Under the pieces are notes generated by a model, which saw only the letters and a list, made by a program, of their open reading frames with translations, was not told where the DNA came from and did not search any database. Made by a program: the position numbers and the translations under genes. From NCBI GenBank assembly GCA_002633005.1, contig NMRA01000004.1:114353-178352 (forward strand): DNA of 64,000 bases. Direction: 5' to 3'. The stretch is from Phoronis australis (Eukaryota; Animalia; Phoronida). Below are positions 26,401 to 38,400 of the stretch, piece by piece (positions within the stretch are counted from its first letter, which is position 1; every line of letters starts with the position of its first letter).

Positions 26401-29400
26401 AGTTTTCTGGTACACGTTTTCATAAAATGCACAGGATACGTTGCCTAGAAATGTTGTCTCTCCCTGGAGACCATTCCGTCAGGCATGAGACTAGACATAA
26501 GAACCGCCAGTAATCGCACTCGACTAACTGTCTCATTCAGATTCGAGGTCACCTCCACGCCAAGCTGGATCCGCTGGGGATTAGCCTAGCACACTATGAT
26601 GCCAACCACTATTCGGGTATGGCCCTCGAGTCATACGCCCTTGGTAAGACCGCTCTCTCTGTGTTCTGATGGTAGCGCGTTGTTGTTGTTGTGGCATACC
26701 ACGCAGAGAGTCACCCTGAACGCAGATGGCCAATTGATCACACATCAGGCAGAGAAACATTACTTCCTTCTGGTCTTTCTTTTTTTTGAAAATTAAATCG
26801 ATGTTGCGGTATTTTTAGGTGCTCATCGAAGACGAGCTAAAATGATGCGGTATTTGTTTTTTTTTTACTCGTCGTTTGGCAAATCATGGCCTGTGTGCCT
26901 TTAATGTGGTAGTCAGTGAGTACAGGTCTCAAAGTGAATAAGATGGTTAAAGACCAGAACCAACTTTGCTCTTCAGCCTTATGTGCAATAATGTCAAAAC
27001 AAGATCAAATGCTTTGATTGCATCTAGCTTACGCTGCTGAACATGCATGTTACATGTTCCATCTGTTGTATAAGTAAGAATAATATTATAATTGTTCTTC
27101 ATACACACCATAAGTTGGTCACATCATGTGACCTATAGTTGGTCGCATCATGTGACCTATAGTTGGTCACATCATGTGACTTATAGTTCAGTCTGAAAAG
27201 ATCACTGCTCCTGCTAATGTTTGAACCCACGACTTTCTGATGACTGCAATTTGTTGGTTTAAGTTTTAATCCGTTGTAAATGTCCTTTTTGGCCTTATGC
27301 ATTCTCATTTTTGACTGCTGAGCAACTCAAATGTTGTAGAATACATATGTGAACAAAAGTGTAATAATTTTTTACTTTGCTTTTTCTTTTAAACCCAAGC
27401 TCGTGAAAGTTGGGTAATAATTTGCCTTAAAATTCCCTATAATCAAAAGACGGTTGTGATTTGAATAGGTTACCAGTCCTAAGTCAAAGTCAAATTTCTT
27501 CTGAGGTCGCTTAAAAGGATACCAAACCTGAATTTGGCCTATTAAGAAATACTAAAAACAACTTTCCCATCCAGTTTTCTAAAACTAAATAATGCTCTGT
27601 AGCCCTTGACAACCCTCCAAAGTTTTAAAACTCCTTTCAAAGTCTGCTTAAGGGTCTAGCATGGCTTATGCTTTTAGTGAATTACTCAGCAACTGTGAGA
27701 AAAGGCCACCCACCAAGGACCATAATGTCCAATCTGTGAAATGGGGAGTATTTTGAGTTTTTAGTTGATTCTTGCCTTTAACTTGGAAGATTGATGTCAG
27801 TGATCCATTAGCAGGTGATAAAATGAGGACTGGTGAAATCATCAAAACATGGTTTACTATCCTTTAACCGGACAAGTAGTTTCACTCTAGTAGTGTTCTG
27901 CTGTGGCATAGCTGTAATTCTCCACTTACATGGCACACCATACGGCTGAAACATGGGTGTTAATTCTATCTGATTTTTCTAAAATGAACACTAAGAACAT
28001 TTAACTTCAGTATTTTTATAGTTTGCGGTGTACAGCTGCCATATTGCAAATTTGGTAAAGTTCTGATCATTTACAGACAAATGACAGCGCTGACAATAGC
28101 CACTTCCTGGAATACCAAAGTGCCCTCTATGACTTTGCGGTATTTACCCATAATGCAGACATACGCTACTCCTGCTTTGGTCTCGCACTGCTCTGGATTT
28201 GATAGAAATTAATGTAATTGATCGACTTGTGAGACTTTTGAATATTTATAAAGATATAGTCTAACTTGATTCCTTGAAGTGTTAATTTTCCCAATATTCT
28301 CATATTACAAGATGCTTATTCGATTGTCAATAATATAACGAGTTAGTTTGCATTGCCCAATTTCTGAGCTATACAGGTAAAATTGACATGAAATTAGGTG
28401 TAAAATGATGGGATGTGCTATGCACCATTGTGGCCATTCTTGCAGCACGCAGAATATCTTGGCTTGCTAATCCTAGACATAGATTTGTTCATTGTGTTTA
28501 GGTCTTATCTCGTGTTGATTCTGCACCCAGTAATAGTTCACCCATTTGCCTGCCTTCAGGGTTAACTCTTGCAACTAGGAAAATCTTATTTAGAATTGTT
28601 ATCTAAAATTATCACTAATTTCTTTTTTAATGTGATTTAAGTTTTGTTAAACTAATTTAAACTTTCCTTCTGGGAACAGAATGTGTTCAACACGTTTAAA
28701 GGGGATAGCAAATATTATTGGTGTTACCGGTACCGGTAGTACGAATCTGTGACTGCTATATTGACATCATTCAGCATTGATTATCATTCCTCAGGTCCTT
28801 ACTTACTAGGTTTGCTGCAACAGTGACCCAGTCCAACTGATTTGTCCATGCTTGCTTATTGGGGGGAGGTTTGGTGTAACCTAAAATAAAAACAGGTCCC
28901 TGGTTATCTTGGAAATGGGATTTTCAGGGTTAATTACTGCTCCCCTGGTGTGTATATTTACTGTTCATGGAATAGTAGAGTGTGATTTTAATGATCCTCA
29001 GCCAATAAAGGGCCTGCATCTTGGTTCTGCATTCATTTCCAATGAGCAAACATAATGTCCTGCACCCAGTTTTTTTCCTTTGTGTTGGCTCATTTAAAGA
29101 GAATATAGAGCCAAGATGCGGGTTGTTTGTGTCACGTTCTACTGTTTCATGGATAACATATACTTGCCATCATAAGTGATTGCTTTCCCATTAAGGACAA
29201 AGGAAACAGTAAAATGAAAATGTCTGCAGCAATTAAGAATTTGTATTCACAGTAAAGCTGTAGAGTTCCTTAAAATATTTTCTAGTCCCTTGAACCTTGC
29301 AGTGTGTTGAACAACTCATTCCCCGGCAAGCTTGCTTCTTCAATAACTTCCTCACTCAGTTACTTCGCACACCAAGCACTATGAATGAAATTTCCTTCCA

Positions 29401-32400
29401 GAAGTCTGCACTGCACAAGTGTGAGAGAATAATAATTTATGCATGCTTTTGGTTCCGTCAAGTTATTTGTACATCTGAGGCACTCAGCTAAGCAGTCATC
29501 TGTTGAATGCACTGTTTGTATTGTTCAAGTTGAACACTCTATGGACAAGGAGAAAGCAATGCATGCATTTGTACATGAGGTGTTGAGAAATGGCTGTAGA
29601 AACTTCGTAGTGAATATTATTTTGTAATCGTGTGCACTCTTTGTAGGTCCCAGTCTGCTAAGCTTACTGTTTAGATTTATAGTCAGTGTTGTTTCATAGA
29701 TAAAGTTGTAAGCTATGTGCCCTCTCTTGGTTGTGCTTTAAAGGCTTCAATATGTGTGTTAGATAAACTGCTTGTTGCTTGTGAGCCACTCAAGAATTTC
29801 CAGTTTTCTGAACTCAGTAACTTCGAATGTATCGAGAACAATCGGATACTTTCAAACGTCAGTTATCAATTTTGTTCGAAAATTAAATTGACTTGTGGTT
29901 TGTCAATGCATTGAAATCTTCATGACTTTTGTGTACAGTTTTGCTTCCTCACAAAAAGAAGTAATGTTCAGTCAGGTCTTGAAGTTTTGGAATTTCTTTA
30001 ATCTGTCCGCTTATAACTGAACAATCCTAATAAACCAAATTTCTGTCCACTGTGTTAGGTGGTGAATTTTATTTCTTAAATTATGATTTACTCGACGTTT
30101 ATAAACTAATTTTCAATAACTTGCACTGATTATTTTCTTGTTTTTATAAAGCAGGGCTTGGAATTTTCTTCTTTTAAGGAGATTTCCTCCTTTTTTCATT
30201 TTGATTTCCTCTTATTTGATTTCCAGTTTCCTCTTTTAGCATCTCTCTTTATCATTATTTTGACTTTATTCATGCAAAAACAATTGTTTCAATTAAATTT
30301 TACTACACAAAATATATTTGTATCGCACAAGCCTATGTATATGTGGTACGATACATCACCTGGAAAATTTTCCTCTTTTTATGTCATTGGTTATTCCAAG
30401 CCCTGATAAAGTTTGCACGTTTTAACTGTTTATAAAAATTAAACTTGTGCCTGAAATTGTTGTTGTTTGTTATGTATATAAAAGTTATGGGCTGGGCATT
30501 TCTGCTAATTCGTCTAACTGTTGTTAAGAGGTCAGGATATAGACCTAATTCACGTGGCGGACATTGAAATCTAAAGCGAGGCTCACTGCGATAAACAAAG
30601 CGGAAGTTGACTTTGCGTGAGTTAAATGGCCGGTCTTTCGAGTCCAACCTGGATATTAAATCTTAACAATGTGTCAATAGTTAACCACAGAGACGTAGAA
30701 AAATACATTAGAGAATAAGTCAATACACCAAAGAGTTGTCTGATGAAAGAGTATGCATTTTTTTCAAAAAATAGGTTCGAAATATGAAAAGTAAACATGA
30801 CCAAACTGCGGCGATCATAGTGTTACGGATAAGATATTATGCTGAATGTAGGGTTACGTTTCTTGTAAATTGTTTATAAAAATGCTTTCTACAGGATCCA
30901 GGTCATCTGCTTGTATTTTTGAGGAGTTGAAGATATATTTGACAGTGGTGGCTCATCGCATTTTGCTGTCATGTGCAATTAGTCACTTCTGGTTTAATTT
31001 GTTGATCAAGAATATTAACACCGAGCATAGCCTAGGTCCTGGTGAGGTAGGGACTACCTGGACTAACGGTTGATTTGTCAGTGATCTGAAAGAATAACTG
31101 ATGTTATTAAATATATTTTTATTAAAATAAAAAACTAGGCTCGTAATTGAAAATAAAAATTATTTGACCGTTTTTTAAATTTTGAAAAAAATTAAAAACG
31201 AGCACAGCCCCAGAAATCGCTTTCGCATTATATCCAGGTTCTCATTCATTCCCTTGCACACATTCACAAGTAATTATTTGACCATCAATTCTGCTTTCTT
31301 GATTTTAATAATTCTTACGTCTATTTCATGTGTTAGGTTTCAAATATCTATCTGGACCAAGTTGAATTTTAAAATTAAAACACCTAATTTGTTCGTCCAA
31401 AGCATAACCTTGTTTTAGAGCTCAATTTCAGTTAACTGGACAGAGCAAGCATAGTTATCTCATGTTTCTTTAGGGACCTCGTTCATCCGAGGGGCCGAAA
31501 GGTGCCTGTGCCTTCTGACTAAGAGGGGGATTTTTTCGCCATGTGAGCGGAAAAATCTACCTCCCAATCATCTTCAATAGCACCCCCGCCCTGTTTCAAG
31601 CTTTCATAGGCTCTGTCTCGAGTAGTATTTTGTGCTCTTTTAAATTGTCAGCTTTGTGGTTGCAGGTGATTTGAATTTCGCGGGAGAGAACTTTTCAATC
31701 ACTAAGGGAATTTTTAGGGCCTCGGGGGATTTTTCAATATTTTTGAGAGGGGAATAGGGCTGATATTCGGCCCCAAAATCAAGTGATTGTGGGACCTGAC
31801 CTTTTTGGAAAAAAATGCACCGTGTTTCAACCCGCAGTTATGAAAACAGCCTGGCTGGCCGAAGATTCTCCGGTCATAACTATGATGCTCGGCAACCGAG
31901 ATGCGACAAAATGTGATCTAAGTTTTCGAAAACATAAATTTGACATGGACATATTATCCTTCGTCGCGAAGTATGACAACGACCCCGCTTCCGAATCTCA
32001 ACGTTCTTAGGGATTGCAAAACAGTTGAGTGTCCGTATTTTTGTAGCCGTTGGAGCAACACTGAATACAACCAGTATGCCGATGAGTTAACAGAGCTATC
32101 ATAGCAAGCCTTGTTTTGGAATGCGCCTCCTGTCTGCGTGAATTAGGTCTATAGAAACTGGCGTGAGTGTGAACTAGTGATGTTTGTTAATAACGATAGT
32201 CAGGGCTTGGAATTCTCCACTTTTAAGAAGATTTCCTCTTATTTTGGTTTCGATTTCCTCTTGTTTGATTTTCAGTTTTCTTTTTTTCATCTCATTTTAT
32301 CATTATATTGACTTTATTCATGCAAAACCGTATATTTCAGTTAAATGTTATCACACATGCCTATTTATTTGTAGAACGATATATCACCTGGAAAATTTTC

Positions 32401-35400
32401 CTCTTTTTTGACAGTGGTCATTCCAAGCCCTGAATAGTACTGAACATAGATTTTCGGTTACTTGGAATGAAAATGTTCATTAGACTACTAACATTTGGCA
32501 GTAGAATGTTGGGTTTCGTATCGATTGGGAAAATGGCGAGTGTGTTGTTGAGTTTTAGTAAGTTGCGAGTTTCTGTAAATTTTGCAGGTGAACAGGACCT
32601 GGAGCGTTCTTTCATGTTGCCACGGACGACATACATAGGGGGCTCTGAGAAATCTCTTCCACTGCGTGAAATCATCAAACGGATGGAGGTACTATATGAT
32701 TAAGCTACACCATTCACATTTTAAGATGCTATCTTGCACGGCTTGGAATTTTCCTCTTTAAAGAGGATTTCCTCTTATTTGATTTCCAGTTTCTTTTTTT
32801 CGTCTCTTATCATTATTTTGACTGTATTCATGCAAAACCGTATATTTCAGTTAAATTTTACAACACAAAAATAATTCTATCTCACTAGCCTTTTTATTTG
32901 TGGAACGATACATCATCTGGGAAATTTTCCTCTTTTTTGTCATAGGTCATTCCAAGCCGTGATCTTGATATCATCATTCAGTGTATGTTGTTTGTTATTG
33001 CAATTCTCCACTAATTTAGCACTCTCATCTCATTTCGCAAACCTGGAATTATTTCTTTAAAAATTCTTTGTCCCTGATGGTTATTTCGTGCAAGGCTACA
33101 TGGTGAGAATTTCTTGCCTCACCTAACTGGGGCATGGTCCGTTTTGTAGGCAATGCAGTAGTAATACACACCTTTTTTAAAACTGTATTCACCACTTCCT
33201 CTCTTCATATGGGATACTGTTGTAAACATGAGGTGAAAAGGGTGACCTGGGTAAGTGTCCTGTGACCCAGAGAAATCTGCTTAATTGTGCGTTTCACCAA
33301 CAATGGTGTAGTGTAACTCAAGTGAATGAACCCATAGATCGCATTTCCTTTATTTCACACACTGGCAGTTGACGATGCTTGGTTACTCAGTTAATTTTTT
33401 GCTCATCAGTCAACCTAGAATATTCAGTTTATTCTGTGTGAATTAAGTTCAGAATAACTTTTTTATTTGATACTTTCTTTAAGGTGTATTAGCAAAATAG
33501 CCATTTTCCCATATAGGGGCGACAAGTTGAAATTTTTTATGGGCTAGATGACTACAGAGCATTTTATGTGCAAACGTACAACACCACCTACAGGTTACAT
33601 GTTCCTTGGATTTAGATTTTAAGGTTATGGAGGACCCTATAAAAATTCAAAATTTGGATAAATTTGGAACATCGTATCTCCGGAATGGTTGGCTGGATCC
33701 ATACACATGTATCTAGCTTTCAGATATTAATTTGGTTTATACGCTGCTTTCCGAAACGTTGTTGGGAATTTTAGTCTTAAAATGTTGCACTATTGCATCA
33801 GGGTGTGTCAAAAATTAGTCTTCTTAATTTTTATGACAACTACTTATTAAATTGCATTAAACGAAAATGAAATGATAATTTAGAATACTGCTGCAGCATT
33901 TTTGAGATTTCCCCTGAATATTTACATCATACAAAATTTGATCATATTGCGGACACCATTGTTTCGCAATCAATATTATTCACCTTTCTTTTTTGCTTTT
34001 TTTCTCAATAGCTGAGTCTGACCCAATTGACGGAGATGGGTATAAAGTCAAAAATCAAATTCTACATGGTGTCTACTTTCAGAATATAGTTACACACTTT
34101 TATTCAATTCACTACTTGAGTTGATATTCGGTTGAATACACGAGACTTGCCCATAAGGTCCTACATAGTCTTAAAGCTGCAGAAGTTTGCAGCATTTTTT
34201 TAATTCTATTTTATCTACATGCTGTCAAATTTGCCATTGCTGTTGGGTACGTGTTGAAATTAATTCACATAAAATATCCAACGTGGCTAAATGTCTGAAT
34301 AAAAGAGATTGCATTTGGTCTTTGTAAACTCAGCCTGTCTTGGTCCCCAGAATTTGAAGTTTGGTCAAAAAGAAGAGGCTTTTTTACTTTCATTATCCCC
34401 ACTGAGTGTGTCCTGTAAATTTGGATTTCCCTAGTTTTGTAGCACACTCTGTCATAAACAATCCAATTTATAATTAGTTGTCGCAGTATCGGTGTTGTGT
34501 TAATATCCATTAGCAGTTAGTGTCTTGTTACTGGATATCTTCTGCCGCTGTTGAGTTATAACTGTTTTGTGTCCTGTTGAAGGATATCTACTGCTGTAAT
34601 ATTGGTATTGAGTTGGTATCCAACAACAGTTTGTGTCCTGTTACAGGAGGATACTATTGCAGTATTGGTGTTGAGTTCATAATGGTTATGTGTCTTGTTG
34701 TAGGATATCTGCTGCTGTAGGATATCTGCTGCTGTAGGATATCTGCTGCTGTAGGATATCTTCTACTGTAGTATTGGTGTTGAGTTGGTGTCCATCAGCA
34801 GTTTTTGTCCTGTTTCACGATATCTAATACTGTGGCATTGGTGGTGAATTGGTGACCATCAACAGTTTGAATCTTGTTACAGGATATCTACTGTCGCAGT
34901 ATTGGTGTTGAGTTCATGTTCATCAACAACATTGAACAATGTGACTGGATCAGGCGTAAGTTCGAGACGCCAGGCATCATGCAGTTCACCAATGAGGAGA
35001 AGAGAACTCTCCTGGCCCGTCTCGTCAGATCCACTAGGTATATGGGTGGTTACACAGAGAGCAGCGGTTTGTATGTGACAAAATACAAGTAAAGAAATTC
35101 TTTTACTTATTTTCGCATAGCAAGCAAGGCATTTCTGGCAAGTATGCACCAACCACTGGCAAGTATGCACCAACCACTGGCAAGGTGTCATAGGCAGTGT
35201 GACACGTCTAAGTGTACACATAATAATATTGTAAATAGTTTAGTTTACAGAAGTCCAAGAGTATTTAGCAGACAGAATATTAAAACATAATATCAGCTAG
35301 GCTGTGTTGCAATTGTTATCCATATTCCACGTATGTACGTACTTAGTATTTTCACGTATGGTAGTTTTGTCACTGATTTCCGTAAATGGTGAATTTATCC

Positions 35401-38400
35401 ATCTCCTTGTCACAAAAAATTTGCTGTGTGTTGATTTCCTTGTTTTGGAGTAGTTTTGCTTTGTGGTTGTGTCACTGATGGTGTTGGTTTTGCACGAACA
35501 TGCAGCAGTATTTTACTTACAAAACTTTACATTTGTCACATTTTCTGTAGGAACTAGAATGTTTAGAAGTGACAATAATTAGATTCGTTTTCTATTCCAG
35601 GTTTGAGGAGTTTCTAGCCAAGAAGTGGTCATCAGAAAAGCGGTTTGGACTAGAAGGGTGTGAGGTGCTGATTCCTTGTATGAAGGGCATCATTGACACC
35701 TCTAGTGCCCTCGGGGTTGAAAGCTTCATCATGGGAATGCCTCACAGGTGAGTGCTGCACAAAGGTGATGAAATAGCTTAGAAATGGGCCAATACAGAAT
35801 CAGTGTTATCTTCCATTTGCCAACCTTCAGCGTAGTAGATCTCAGTTGTGTAAGTGATTTGACAAGCGTATGTAAAGCGTGCAAAGTGACATCAGTTCTT
35901 GGTACTATATATAACGGTTGCATCTTGCTTAAGGCAATGTTTTTACCGAGTATAAGTCTCTAATCTGTCTCCTCTCTCTGTCCTTCCCCTAGGGGTCGAC
36001 TCAACGTTCTGGCCAATGTCTGCCGCAAGCCTCTAGAGCAGATCCTTTGTCAGTTCGACTCCAAGCTCAATGCTTCTGATGAGGGTTCTGGTGATGTCAA
36101 ATACCATCTGGGCATGAGTCATCAGCGACTTAACCGCTTGACCGACCGCATGATTCAGCTGTCCGTCGTGGCTAACCCCTCCCATTTGGAGGCAGTCGAC
36201 CCGGTCGTACAGGGAAAGACGCGTGCTGAGCAGTTTTACCGGGGTGACACAATGGGCAAGAAAGTAAGTTAACATTACTCTACATACTCATTCATCATAG
36301 TGGTATCTAGTGATCAAGCTGTATGGCTTCATTTTTGATTGCCTGAATATTTTGTCAGTGATCAGTTTATAGTGTTCTTGTTTTGAACCAACAGCTGCAT
36401 ACTCTCACGTTATCACAGTGGCTGCGGCACTGATTGGATCATAATCACAAAGCATAACCTTTGGCTCGTTTTGGTGTCTTAGCTGAATCGATACGAATGT
36501 CAAAAAGTCACCTTAAGAAAGTTGTCTTTCATTGTTACTGTGGTTTGCACTAGGCAGTTGTCGTCATACTTTTTTAACATTTGCGGCATTCTAATAATAC
36601 CTTGAACAGTAGTGAATATCAATTTTTTTTCTTATTTCAAAATTTTTTTAAAAATAATGGGATATGTGAAACGTTTGACCACATTGTTTAAAGTATTAGG
36701 TTAATTTATATTTTGTCTTTCCTTTCCAGGTAATGAGTATTCTTCTGCATGGGGATGCTGCCTTCTCTGGTCAGGGAGTCGTGTACGAGACCTTTCACCT
36801 TTCGGACCTGCCCATGTACACCACTCATGGCACGATACACATCGTGGTCAACAACCAGGTAACTATTGCTGCCTCATGTTAGTTGGATGTTAGTAGGTCA
36901 CAATGCTGTTGATTTCGGTACATGCACGTATTGTACTTTGATGTTTTCTTGGAACACAATCCTACGCAGGTGTCAGTCCTGCATGTGTAAGCCTGTTTGT
37001 GTAAATACTGGATCTGGTTAGGCTTGGTTTTCAGGCGAGGGTTTTCTTCTGAAATCACCACCACCTCAATGTCGTGCTCAACTATAACAGGGAAGTAAAG
37101 GTAGTGAGTGGTGTTTGTAATCCAATGGTTATTTAGAGCAGTCTAATTGATGATTGGAGGATTTTAATGACGAGCAGTTGACACATGGATTTTTTGACAT
37201 TTGAAACTAAAGGAAAAATGCTGTAATATCAACAGAAATTCAAATTCTGTATGTACAAACCGTAAAAATACCTGGTGAACAGTTTGACTTCTCTTTCTGT
37301 GGCAGAGAGCCACTTTAAATAATGTAATTTAGTCTGTCCAGGCTTCTTTAAATTAGTATTTTCATGTAGTTCATAATACCTAAATAGGCCTTTTTGATTG
37401 GTTGCAGATCGGCTTCACCACAGATCCTCGTTACTCGCGCTCTTCACCCTACTGCACTGATGTCGCACGTGTGGTCAATGCACCCATATTCCATGTCAAC
37501 GCTGACGATCCAGAGGCAGTCATGCATGTCGCTAATGTTGCAGCCGAGTGGCGCTCGACGTTCTCCAAAGATGTCGTCATTGATCTAGTAAGACATGGGG
37601 CTAAGTAATAAACGGAAAGATTACGCATGTTCTCCCTAAAAAACATCACAATACAGATAGTGTTTCAATGTTCTGAATCACTTCCACGAATAATCTCAAT
37701 AATAAGTGAATAAAGAAGATAACATATAATACAACTGCCAATATGTTTAAGAAAGTAACATGAGAATGACAGTGGAACACTTGAAACATGTTGGCCATTG
37801 TATTATTATTTTCTTGTTGCATAGCAAATATGCAACTGTGAGAAAGTAATGCTATGAGCAAATGCTTTGAAGTAACATTGATCCGTAGGTTGGACTTTGA
37901 AGAATTCCTCCAAGAATTCAATGATGCATACTGTTGACACACGAAGGAGGCAACTATCTTGTTGACTTACTTTCTTCTCATAATTTAAAATTGAATTCTC
38001 TGTTTTGATAGAGATATCATAACATTGGCCAAACTATCTTTGTTGTTTTTCGTAAGCCTCAGCGTGGTCTATGAAATGAATAACATATATTCTTTGTCCT
38101 TTGTGTCTAGTTGTTCAAACAAAGTAGTTGTATTCTCAAAGTATTACATTACATCTGCAACACTTCTCTTTGTTTCCACGTACTCTGGTGATGGGTAAAT
38201 GTTGTTTTAGCCATGGTATGATTCTGTCCTTTTCTACAATGAACGTTTGCCTTCGAATAAACTGTCTTCCACATTTTTTACTTGACTGTTAGCCAAAACT
38301 GCTATTCAGATCTAGCTTTGTTGTATTTCCTTGTACAGGTCAATCATTACTAATTCTGTTTCACTTGGCTGCTTCTGGGGTTTTGTTCAGGAATGTTTCT

